From Phototrophicaceae bacterium (GTDB lineage Bacteria; Chloroflexota; Anaerolineae; Aggregatilineales; Phototrophicaceae), in the NCBI GenBank assembly GCA_965246975.1, contig OZ251996.1, positions 473,102-537,101 of the forward strand: DNA of 64,000 nt, read 5' to 3'. Within the stretch, counting starts at the first letter, position 1. Each line of letters opens with the position of its first letter. Positions 9,751 to 18,185 of this stretch are shown here, piece after piece. The notes under the pieces were generated by a model that made no database searches, had not been told where the DNA came from, and was given only the letters and a program-made list of their open reading frames with translations. Made by a program: the position numbers and the translations under genes.

Positions 9751-10799
9751 GCTCGCGCGCGTCCCAGCCAGAGCAACACAGCCAGACCGAAAAAAATAAT
9801 CAGGGACAGCAAGACCAGCGAGGCCAGCTTGAACGTCCGGCTCTCGAGGACGAGTGTCAACGTACCAAAGCAGGTGCAGAAGAGATAGTAGCCCAGCACG
9901 ATCTGGCGTTGACTGTAACCCAGGTCCAGCAAGCGGTGATGCGCGTGGCCCCGGTCGCCGCGGAAGGGGCTGCGCCCGGCCAGCGCGCGATTAATCATCT
10001 GCCAGATGGCATCCAGGATTGGCAAGGCCATGACCATCAACACCGTCGCCATCTTCGCGCCGCCGATGATGCTCAGGCAGGCGATAAGAAATCCCAGCAG
10101 GTAGGCGCCGCTGCCGGCGAAAATACGCGCCGGGTAGAAATTGTGGACGAGAAAGCCCAGCGTGGCACCCATCAGCGCCAGAGGCAGCAGGCTCACACTC
10201 AGCTGTGGCGGTTCCAAGATCAGGGCGCTGTTGAGAAACAGGACGCTGGCCGCGATGAACACCACCCCGTGGGACAAGCCGTCCAGGCCATCCAGAAAGT
10301 TGACCGTGTTGGTCATGCCAACGATCCACAGCAGAGTCAGCGCAAAGGTAACCGCGAAGGGCCAGGCGGGCGTCTGTGTGCCGGTCAGGGGATTGTTAAA
10401 GCTCTCGATGAAGATTTGGTGATGAATGGCGATACCGGCCGCCAGAAACTGGGCAAGAAACCACCAGTGTGGCTTCAGCTCACGCCAGTCATCCAGCAGG
10501 CCTGCGATGAAAATAACCAGGGCGCCTAGCATCAGCCCGGTGAGACGCAACGGCTCTTCCGGATCGAAGCGAGGCACATACAGCAGCTGCGCCAGAATTA
10601 CGCTGGTCGTGAAGCTGAGGAAGAGCACGCCACCGCCCAGGCGCGATAGCTGACGTTGGTCGCCTTCGTGACGGCGTCGCGCTGACATCTGCGTAACGAT
10701 GCCGAGGCGCTTCCCCAGCCAGATCATCGCCGGGCTGGCCACTATTGCGAGCGCCAGCGCCAGGAAGAAAGTGATGACAAAGGCGGCAGCTACATTCAA
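9693..10799 (-). CDS. Polyprenyl-phosphate glycosyl-1-phosphate transferase, MraY/WecA family (GT4)
   Basis: 368 aa polytopic membrane protein. Motifs GLLDDW, NFLDGLDGL and VHNFYPARIFAGSGAY are typical of WecA/MraY. The start is TTG at 10799 without a clear RBS, so the start is uncertain. Confidence 0.75.
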   Translation of the reverse strand: MNVAAAFVITFFLALALAIVASPAMIWLGKRLGIVTQMSARRRHEGDQRQLSRLGGGVLFLSFTTSVILAQLLYVPRFDPEEPLRLTGLMLGALVIFIAGLLDDWRELKPHWWFLAQFLAAGIAIHHQIFIESFNNPLTGTQTPAWPFAVTFALTLLWIVGMTNTVNFLDGLDGLSHGVVFIAASVLFLNSALILEPPQLSVSLLPLALMGATLGFLVHNFYPARIFAGSGAYLLGFLIACLSIIGGAKMATVLMVMALPILDAIWQMINRALAGRSPFRGDRGHAHHRLLDLGYSQRQIVLGYYLFCTCFGTLTLVLESRTFKLASLVLLSLIIFFGLAVLLWLGRARAQEVAGNRSPGSGRKETSS

Positions 10800-10828
10800 G
10801 GGAGTTCACCCGCCCACGGGTGACAGGC

Positions 10829-12280
10829 TCATGCCTTGTAGGAACCGGCAGTGACATCGCCGCCAGAGCCAGTCCAGTTCGTGTGAAAGAACTCGCCACG
10901 AGGCCGGTCAACCCGCTCATAGGTATGGGCGCCAAAGTAATCGCGCTGCGCCTGCAAGAGGTTTGCTGGCAGGCGCTCATGCCGAAATCCGTCAAAAAAG
11001 GACAGTGCGCTCGACATGGCGGGCACCGGGATCCCCGCCAGCGAGGCCCAGGCGACCACGCGACGCCAGCCGCTCTGGGCGTTCTCAATCTGCTCCCGGA
11101 AGTAGTCGTCCAGCAGCAGGTTGCCCAACTGTGGATTGTTGTTCCAGGCGGCGGTGATGTGATCCAGAAAGCCCGAGCGGATGATGCAGCCCTCGCGCCA
11201 CATTTGGGCGATGCTGCCGTGGTTCAGTTCCCAGCCCAGGGCCTCGTCAACTGCATGCAGCAGCATGTAGCCCTGGGAATAGGAGATGATCTTCGAAGCG
11301 TAGAGAGCCTGCTCTACATCTTCCAGCAGCAGGCTGGCCGCATCCGGGGTCACGCCTGGACCGGAGAGCACGGTAGATGCACGCCGACGTTCATCCTTGA
11401 GGGCTGACAGAAAGCGGGCGAAAACTGCCTCGCTGATGAGCGTGAGCGGCGTACCATGTTCGAGCGATGCGTCCGCCACCCACCTGCCAGTGCCCTTCTG
11501 GCCGGCAGTATCCAGGATTTTTTCGACCAGGGGATCGCCAGCTTCATCACGAAACGCAAGAATGTCGCCGGTGATCTCGATCAGGTAGGAATCGAGCGGG
11601 CCATCGTTCCAACGGCGAAAGGCCGCGCTCATCTGCTCATGATCCATGCCGAGGCCAGATTGCAGCAAGTGAAAGGCCTCGCTGATAAGTTGCATGTCGC
11701 CGTATTCGATACCGTTGTGCACCATCTTTACGAAGTGTCCGGCGCCATCGCGGCCAAGCCAGTCGCAACAGGGCGTGCCATCCGCCACCTTCGCCGCGAT
11801 GGACTGGAAGATTGGTTTGAGGTGTGGCCAGGCGGCCGGCGACCCGCCGGGCATGATTGAAGGGCCGAAGCGGGCGCCCTCCTCGCCGCCAGAAACGCCG
11901 ACTCCGGCGTAGAGGAAGCCCTGCGCCTCCAGCTCCTGCGCCCGCCGGCGCGAATCCTCGTAGTTGGAATTGCCGCCGTCGATAACGATGTCGCCTGGCT
12001 CCAGGTGCGGCAGAAGCTGCTCAATCACGACATCCACCGCGCGGCCCGCCTGCACCATCAGCATCACCCTGCGCGGCCGCCTCAGGGCGGCGCAAAGATC
12101 TGCCATCGTATAGGTACCAATGATGTCGCGGCCCTTCGCCTCACCCTCGACGAACCGCGTGACCTTTTCCGTGGTGCGATTGTAGACCGCGACCGAGAAG
12201 CCGTGGTCGTTCATGTTCAGGATCAGGTTCTGGCCCATCACCGCCAGCCCGATAAGACCGATGTCCGCCTTTGCAGTCAT
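10829..12280 (-). CDS. gnd: 6-phosphogluconate dehydrogenase, decarboxylating
   Basis: N-terminal IGLIGLAVMGQNLILNMNDHGF Rossmann motif and full-length Gnd-like sequence. The ATG at 12280 follows GGAGAGGG; the listed start at 12319 is probably an extension. Confidence 0.9.
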   Translation of the reverse strand: MTAKADIGLIGLAVMGQNLILNMNDHGFSVAVYNRTTEKVTRFVEGEAKGRDIIGTYTMADLCAALRRPRRVMLMVQAGRAVDVVIEQLLPHLEPGDIVIDGGNSNYEDSRRRAQELEAQGFLYAGVGVSGGEEGARFGPSIMPGGSPAAWPHLKPIFQSIAAKVADGTPCCDWLGRDGAGHFVKMVHNGIEYGDMQLISEAFHLLQSGLGMDHEQMSAAFRRWNDGPLDSYLIEITGDILAFRDEAGDPLVEKILDTAGQKGTGRWVADASLEHGTPLTLISEAVFARFLSALKDERRRASTVLSGPGVTPDAASLLLEDVEQALYASKIISYSQGYMLLHAVDEALGWELNHGSIAQMWREGCIIRSGFLDHITAAWNNNPQLGNLLLDDYFREQIENAQSGWRRVVAWASLAGIPVPAMSSALSFFDGFRHERLPANLLQAQRDYFGAHTYERVDRPRGEFFHTNWTGSGGDVTAGSYKA

Positions 12281-12337
12281 TCCCTCTCCATTACGGGTGA
12301 ACAGGACCGGCGAAAGCATAACGCAGCAGGCAGGGTT

Positions 12338-12739
12338 TCAACAGCGCCGGTTTTTGCTCCTGAGCGCCGCGGCCACCAGTTCCACCGGATGCTGCACGTC
12401 GATGCCGGCCTCGAGAATCTGCGTACGGCAGGAGCTGCCCGGCGCAGCAACCAGCGCAGCCGGCTGCGCGCGCAGCGCCGGCAGCAGGCGCTGTTCGCCA
12501 ATTTTGAGCGACAAGTCGTAGTGCTCGTAGCCGAAACTGCCGGCAACGCCGCAGCAGCCGGAGTCAATCTCACGCACCGTCGCGCCAGGGATGCAGCGCA
12601 ACAGGGCCATAGTATCCGCCGTGCCCCAAAGCGCCTTCTGATGGCAGTGTCCGTGCAGCAGAATCTCGCGCTCCTGCCCGTCCCAGTCCGGCACGCGTTC
12701 GGCCAGTTGCTGCATCAGCCAGGTTCCGCGCTGATGCAC
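12338..12739 (-). pseudogene. C-terminal fragment (second CCG domain) of the upstream FAD/Fe-S oxidase, in a different frame
   Basis: Contains LLHGHCHQKA and DSGCCGVAGSFGYE, the second cysteine-rich CCG repeat of GlcF/HdrD-like domains. It overlaps the 3' end of 12715..15228 in the -1 frame. Confidence 0.6.
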
Positions 12740-15228
12740 TGCTGCGCCAGGGCATTGGCGCGCGACCTCAACGCGGGCTCAACCAGGCCTGGCAGATCGT
12801 CCCCGAAGGCCGACTGGCAGCTCGGCTCAAGGAAGATATAGGGGCCCTGCGCCGGATCCAGTTGACGGACGTTGTCCGTCGCCAGCGACTTTGCCAGATC
12901 AAGCATACCGTTTGATATGGCCGGGCGGCCGCAGCAGCCCTGCCCCGGGAGGCGAAGCAGGCGCAGGCGCAGACCCAGCGTTTCGGCGATCTGTAGCAGC
13001 GCCAGGCCCGGCGCCGGATGATTGAACTCGGTGAAGGTGTCCACGATGAGCGTGGCGTCGGCTGTGCCTGAAGCGCAGGCAGCCATGTGGGAAAAGCGCT
13101 GCGGACTTATGGCAGGCAGCGGACGCGCGACCGACAAGCCCAGCCGCTGCGCGAGCGTCTGGCCGACCTTGCTGCGCAGCGCCAGATTCGCAAGGCCCGG
13201 CCACAGGCTGCCGAGGGCATTCAGCCGGTGAATGTTTGCGAACAGGCGCGTCTTCAGCGGCACGCCGCGCAGGTCGTGGCGCAGGGCCAGATATTCGGAC
13301 TTGATGCGCGCCATGTCGACCGCCGAGGGGCACTCGGCCTTGCAGGCCTTGCAGGAGAGACAAAGTTCAAAGACTTCATGCAGGGCGTCGCTGCCAAGCC
13401 CTTCCGGCTGCAAGTGGCCGGACATGGCCAGGCGCAAGGCGTTGGCACGGCCGCGGGTCGCGTGATCCTCGTCGCGCGTCGCCATGTAGGAGGGACACAT
13501 CGTACCTGCGTCTTCCTTGCGGCAGACACCAGCGCCGTTGCACATCTCGACAGCGCCGGCCAGTCCGCCGTCAGCGCTCCAGTCAAAGCGTGTGCGCGGC
13601 TCCTGCATAACAACGGTCGGTGAGAGGCGCAGGGTCGACTCGTCATCCATTGCGCTGAAGTCGACGATCTTGCCCGGATTCATCATGTTCTCCGGGTCGA
13701 AGGCTCGCTTGACTTCGCTGAAGGCCGCCATCAGCGAATCGCCGAAGAGCTTGCGATTGAACTCGGCACGCACCAGGCCGGTGCCATGTTCGCCACTTAT
13801 TGTCCCGGCATACTTCACTGCCGCGTCCGTAGATGCCTCGGCAATGTAGCGATACTGTCTGCGTCCCTCGACTGACTTCAGGTTGACCAGCGGGCGCACA
13901 TGCAGGCAGCCCGCGCTGGCGCGCGCGTAGATGGCACAAGTTGTGCCCGCTTCGCGCATAATGGCCTCGACGTCGCTGATGTAGTCAGGCAAACGCTCGA
14001 CCGGCACCGCCGCGTCTTCGACGAATGCGATGGCTTTCTCGGGACGCCGTTCGCTCATCAGTAGCCCGAGACTGGCCTTGCGCACCGACCACACCTGCTG
14101 CTGCTGCGCCGGCGTGTGTGCCAGGGTCAACGCGCCACGGTGCCCGTTGGCTCGCGGCATCGCCCGCAGCCGCACGATGTGGCTGTCCAGCTTGCGTATA
14201 CTTTCGCCGTAAAACTCGACGACCTGCACTGCTGCAGGATCACCATCGATGAACTCCGCCAGTTTGGGCGCGAACTCGGCGCTGGCGCGCGTGCGCTCCA
14301 TCAACATGCGGTCCATCATCTCGATCGCAGAGGGCTTCAACTCAAGCAGAGCCGGCACTGCCTCCAGCGCGGCGCGCAGTTCATCGAAATGTACCAGCGC
14401 GAGGCGGCGCATGGCCGGCGTCGGCACCAGGTTCAATTCGGCAGCGACGATCGTGCCCAGCGTCCCTTCGGAGCCGGCGAGCAGCCAGCGCAGGTCAACG
14501 TCAGCGGGATCGATCGGGTTGAGTGCGTAGCCCGCCACTGTGCGGAATGTCTGTGGCCAGCGCAAGCGCATCTCGGCAGCCTGCTCACGGGCCAGTTCGG
14601 CGACGCGTGTGCGGATGGCCCGCAGGCTGGCGCTGTCTGCATCCAGCCAGGTGCGCTCGCCACTGGCCAGCACGACTTCGAGGCGCTTCACATGGTCAGC
14701 CGTCATGCCGTAGAGGATGCTGTGCGCGCCCGTCGCATTGTTGCCGATGCAGCCGCCAATCTTCGCGCGTTCGGCGCTGGCCGGATCGGGGCCAAACATC
14801 AGCCCAAGACCTGCCAGCTGCTGATTCAGTTGACCCAGTACAAGCCCCGGCTCGGCCACCACACTCGACTCTTCAGCGTTGATGGCGAGCACGCGACGCA
14901 GCCATTTGCTGAAGTCCATCACAATGGCGCGACCAACGGTCTGCCCGGCGAGGCTGCTGCCTCCGCCACGCTGCAACAAGGGCGTACCATAACGACGCGC
15001 CAGCTCGTGGATTGCAACGACCTCGTCCGCGTCGCGCGGCACCGTCACGCCAACCGGCATGATCTGGTAGTTGCTGGCGTCGGTGCTGTAGAGCAGGCGT
15101 GACAAGTGGTCGAAGCGGACCTGCACCGCGCCAATCGCGCGCTCAAGGTCGTTGAGCAGATCGCGCGTCGCCTCTTGCTGTTCAGCAAATGCAACTGTCA
15201 TAACCATTCCTGTATCGATACAAGGCAC
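12715..15228 (-). CDS. FAD-binding oxidase fused to an Fe-S/CCG domain (GlcD-GlcF-like; D-lactate/glycolate-type dehydrogenase), truncated by an apparent frameshift
   Basis: FAD_binding_4-like N-terminus (GGGSSLAGQ). Cys motifs CNGAGVCRK...MCPS and CLSCKACKAECPS, plus a first CCG motif GQGCCGRP. The more likely start is ATG 15201 or 15207; 15228 is a GTG. Confidence 0.8.
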   Translation of the reverse strand: MPCIDTGMVMTVAFAEQQEATRDLLNDLERAIGAVQVRFDHLSRLLYSTDASNYQIMPVGVTVPRDADEVVAIHELARRYGTPLLQRGGGSSLAGQTVGRAIVMDFSKWLRRVLAINAEESSVVAEPGLVLGQLNQQLAGLGLMFGPDPASAERAKIGGCIGNNATGAHSILYGMTADHVKRLEVVLASGERTWLDADSASLRAIRTRVAELAREQAAEMRLRWPQTFRTVAGYALNPIDPADVDLRWLLAGSEGTLGTIVAAELNLVPTPAMRRLALVHFDELRAALEAVPALLELKPSAIEMMDRMLMERTRASAEFAPKLAEFIDGDPAAVQVVEFYGESIRKLDSHIVRLRAMPRANGHRGALTLAHTPAQQQQVWSVRKASLGLLMSERRPEKAIAFVEDAAVPVERLPDYISDVEAIMREAGTTCAIYARASAGCLHVRPLVNLKSVEGRRQYRYIAEASTDAAVKYAGTISGEHGTGLVRAEFNRKLFGDSLMAAFSEVKRAFDPENMMNPGKIVDFSAMDDESTLRLSPTVVMQEPRTRFDWSADGGLAGAVEMCNGAGVCRKEDAGTMCPSYMATRDEDHATRGRANALRLAMSGHLQPEGLGSDALHEVFELCLSCKACKAECPSAVDMARIKSEYLALRHDLRGVPLKTRLFANIHRLNALGSLWPGLANLALRSKVGQTLAQRLGLSVARPLPAISPQRFSHMAACASGTADATLIVDTFTEFNHPAPGLALLQIAETLGLRLRLLRLPGQGCCGRPAISNGMLDLAKSLATDNVRQLDPAQGPYIFLEPSCQSAFGDDLPGLVEPALRSRANALAQQCISAEPG

Positions 15229-15265
15229 AAATGAAATGCTACATGTCTATATTGGCAAAATTACT

Positions 15266-15294
15266 TTGTCATACTAAACAAATCATGTTACACT
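15266..15294 (+). promoter_or_regulatory. Putative sigma-70-type promoter (TTGTCA-17 nt-TACACT)
   Basis: -35 TTGTCA at 15266-15271, 17-nt spacer, -10 TACACT at 15289-15294, in an AT-rich spacer about 50 nt upstream of the GTG at 15344. Confidence 0.35.
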
Positions 15295-15343
15295 CTGCTT
15301 GCAGCATCCCGTATAGAACTTATGCAATGAGGGGGGAATAGAA

Positions 15344-15751
15344 GTGGATATGAACAAACTGCACAGGGGAGGGATACTCGGCATCATAGCCAGCTTCCTG
15401 TATCTCGCCTATATGGGATCAGGAGAAATCTCCGTGATCGCCGGCATTCTGGGAGCGGGAAGCGCAGCCATTATTGGCTTCACTCTGTTTTTGATCGGTA
15501 GCGCCATCTTCGGTGCCATTTATACCGGTTGGGTTGAGAACCTGGCCACTGGTGGTTGGCAAACCCTGGTGGTCGGCCTGGTCTACGGAATAATCTGGTG
15601 GATCATCAGTGCCAACATCATTGTTCCGGCGGTAACAGGTGGTGATGTGCTCGCGCTTGACCTTGGAGGCGCACAATTCTACGCTCATATCATTTCCGGT
15701 GTTACGCTGGCGTGGATATCAGAAGTTACCGCAAAGAGCGGCGATGGCTAA
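15344..15751 (+). CDS. Hypothetical small integral membrane protein (about four Gly-rich TM segments)
   Basis: 135 aa. GAGGGGGG lies 7 nt upstream of the GTG at 15344. Third codon positions are visibly richer in A/T than in neighbouring genes. I recognise no family. Confidence 0.55.
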   Translation: MDMNKLHRGGILGIIASFLYLAYMGSGEISVIAGILGAGSAAIIGFTLFLIGSAIFGAIYTGWVENLATGGWQTLVVGLVYGIIWWIISANIIVPAVTGGDVLALDLGGAQFYAHIISGVTLAWISEVTAKSGDG

Positions 15752-15775
15752 GGTCTGCTGCTTTCTGCAGAAAGG

Positions 15776-15810
15776 AAACGGCGTCCGCCAGTCGGGCGCC
15801 GTTTTCTTTG
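15776..15810. terminator. Bidirectional intrinsic terminator between convergent genes
   Basis: AAACGGCGTCCG-CCAGT-CGGGCGCCGTTT forms a 12-bp stem with one mismatch. It is followed by TTCTTTG on the + strand and by TTTCCTTTC on the - strand. Confidence 0.75.
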
Positions 15811-15815
15811 CATAG

Positions 15816-16550
15816 TTAGTAAGTGGCGCGCCCGCCGGAGAGATCGAAGATGCAGCCAGTGTTGAAACTGGCCTCGCGCGACACAATCCAGCAGGCCAGC
15901 GCCGCCACTTCCTCAATGGTGCCAAGGCGCCCCATCGGGATCCTGCTCTCCATGTAGGCCACCATTTCTGGCGCTATGTTCGCTATCATCGGCGTGCGAA
16001 TGACAGCCGGCGCCAGGCCATTGACCGTGATGCCGCTGGTCGCGTACTCCTTGCCCACTCCCTTGATGAGCCCGGTCATACCGGCCTTGGAGGTCGAATA
16101 GCCGACCATGCCTGGATTGCCTTCCTTGCCGCCGATCGAGACCAGATGCAGTATGCGTCCGTAGTTCTGCGGCACCATCGCTGCGATGGCCGCCTTCGTG
16201 GTCAGGAAGGCGCCGCGCAGATTTACGGCCAGCACCCTGTCGAAATCCTCCGCGCTGTAGTCCGCAAGATTAACGCTGGTCGGCCCAGGGATGCCCGCGC
16301 AGTTGACCAGAATGTCCAGGCGTTCATACCGTGAGAGAACCGCTGCCACTCCGCGCTGCACTGACTCTTCGTCACGCACGTCCAGCAGCAGCGATTCCGC
16401 GATGTCCGGCAATTCAGCAGCGTTCACATCACCGACGACGACACGGCCACCCTCGCGAGCGATGCGCCGCGCAATGCCGGCCCCGATGCCGCTGGCGCCG
16501 CCCGTGACCAGCGCGACCTGGCCGCTGAAGCGCTGTTCAGCCATGCTCAC
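15816..16550 (-). CDS. SDR family oxidoreductase (FabG-like)
   Basis: TGGASGIGAG cofactor motif and YSTSKAG catalytic motif; 244 aa. Confidence 0.85.
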   Translation of the reverse strand: MSMAEQRFSGQVALVTGGASGIGAGIARRIAREGGRVVVGDVNAAELPDIAESLLLDVRDEESVQRGVAAVLSRYERLDILVNCAGIPGPTSVNLADYSAEDFDRVLAVNLRGAFLTTKAAIAAMVPQNYGRILHLVSIGGKEGNPGMVGYSTSKAGMTGLIKGVGKEYATSGITVNGLAPAVIRTPMIANIAPEMVAYMESRIPMGRLGTIEEVAALACWIVSREASFNTGCIFDLSGGRATY

Positions 16551-18183
16551 TCACGTAAAACAGTGGCGGGCGTTGCCGGTGGAAGTCAGTCGCGTCCTGA
16601 AAGGCCTGTGCCACAGAGAGCAGCTCGGCCTCACGATTCAGGCCGCCGATGAAGCTGATGCTGGTCGGGGTGCCTGTTGCGCTGAAGCCGTTGGGCAGCG
16701 CCAGCGCCGGATGCCCGGTCAGATTGGTAAGCGGCAGAACGTTACCGGCGAAACAGGGTGTCACCAGCACGTCAATTTCGCTCATCAAGGTACTCATCTG
16801 CTGCATCATAAGCATACGGTAGCGGTTGGCCTGAATGTATTCGACCGCCGGTATCAGGCGCGCTACGCGCAGCTGATTGGGCCAGGCTTCTTCATCCTGG
16901 CGGCGCAGCTGATCGTCAATATTCAGGCGCGTCATCTCGTCAAAGGCGGCTGCGGCCTCGGCGAGGTAAACGACCGCCAGCGCTTCCAGGTCGTCCGGCG
17001 GCAGGGACACTGGCTGCAGGTGCGCATTCAGCACGCGCAGCGTCGCAAGCACATTGATGTCGTTCTCGCGCGCAGACTCGTCGTTGCCCTGTGCGGCGGT
17101 TTCAGGAGCAAATGCGGCCGGGACATAGCCGATGCGCAGGCTTCCAAGGCCGCGTTGTGGCTGCCAGCGAAAGGGCACATCTGTCACAGTGGGGTCGTGG
17201 CCATCCGGGCCATAGATCGCAGTGAGCACCAGCGCACAGTCCTCGACCGTGCGACAAATCGGCCCGAGCTTGTCCATCGACCAGCTGAGCGTCATGGCGC
17301 CATGGCGGCTGACGCGGCCAAAAGTTGGACGCAAGCCGGTCGCTCCGCATCGCGCCGAAGGCGAAACGATTGAACCCAGGGTTTCGCTGCCCAGGGAAAA
17401 GCCCACCAGTCCGGCCACGGTTGCCGAAGCCGAGCCCGCCGAAGAACCGCTGGAGCCCTCGTCCAGATTCCAGGGGTTACGCGTCATGCCGCCGAACCAG
17501 ACATCGCCGTTGGCCAGCGCGCCCAGAGTCAGCTTGGCGACGAGCACGGCGCCGGCCTCCTCAAGACGCTGCACAACAGTGGCATCGACATCCAGCATTT
17601 GCTCGCGCCAGGGAGTCGCGCCCCAGGTCGTGGGGTAGCCCTTCGTCGCCAGCAGATCCTTGGCGCCCCAGGGGATGCCATGCAGCGGGCCGCGCCAGAT
17701 GCCGCGCGCGAGCTCCGCGTCGGCGCGCCGCGCCTGCTCCAGCGCCAATTCCTCCGTCAACGTGACTACACATTCCAGCCGGGGCCCGAAGCGCTGCAAA
17801 CGCCCCAGGTACATCTCTGTGAGCTCGAAGGAGCTGAGCTGTCTGCTACGCAGCAGGCGCGCCAGTTGACTGATCGGCCAGAAAGCCAGCGACTCAAGGT
17901 CGGCTGGTCGCTGCGGCACGGGAGCGTCGTCGATGTTGTACTTGCGCTCTACGGAAGCAGGCGTTGCGCTGCCCGGCAGTTGCGGGTTGAAGTAGAGCGG
18001 CGGCATGTCATGATTGGCCAGACGCGCCAGGGGGCCTTCGCGCAGTTCAGCAAAATGGCGGGCGCGTTCGCCGACCTTAGCCGCCATAGCTTCGCACTCA
18101 GTACCCGTGAAGTCCAGCCCGATGAGTCGAGCGGCTGTCGCGATCTGTTCGGTAGTCGGCAGCTGTTGCGCGTCCTCGCTCAT
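16537..18183 (-). CDS. Amidase (amidase-signature family)
   Basis: GAKD lysine context, GSSGSSAGSASATVAG signature and GSETLGSIVSPS. 14-nt overlap with the downstream SDR. Confidence 0.85.
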   Translation of the reverse strand: MSEDAQQLPTTEQIATAARLIGLDFTGTECEAMAAKVGERARHFAELREGPLARLANHDMPPLYFNPQLPGSATPASVERKYNIDDAPVPQRPADLESLAFWPISQLARLLRSRQLSSFELTEMYLGRLQRFGPRLECVVTLTEELALEQARRADAELARGIWRGPLHGIPWGAKDLLATKGYPTTWGATPWREQMLDVDATVVQRLEEAGAVLVAKLTLGALANGDVWFGGMTRNPWNLDEGSSGSSAGSASATVAGLVGFSLGSETLGSIVSPSARCGATGLRPTFGRVSRHGAMTLSWSMDKLGPICRTVEDCALVLTAIYGPDGHDPTVTDVPFRWQPQRGLGSLRIGYVPAAFAPETAAQGNDESARENDINVLATLRVLNAHLQPVSLPPDDLEALAVVYLAEAAAAFDEMTRLNIDDQLRRQDEEAWPNQLRVARLIPAVEYIQANRYRMLMMQQMSTLMSEIDVLVTPCFAGNVLPLTNLTGHPALALPNGFSATGTPTSISFIGGLNREAELLSVAQAFQDATDFHRQRPPLFYVSEHG

Positions 18184-18185
18184 GG

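Noticed and set aside
12715-12760. Programmed -1 ribosomal frameshifting as the explanation for the split FAD/Fe-S oxidase.
   Set aside because: No X-XXY-YYZ slippery heptamer or obvious downstream stimulatory structure occurs at the frame junction. A mutation or an assembly indel is the more economical explanation.
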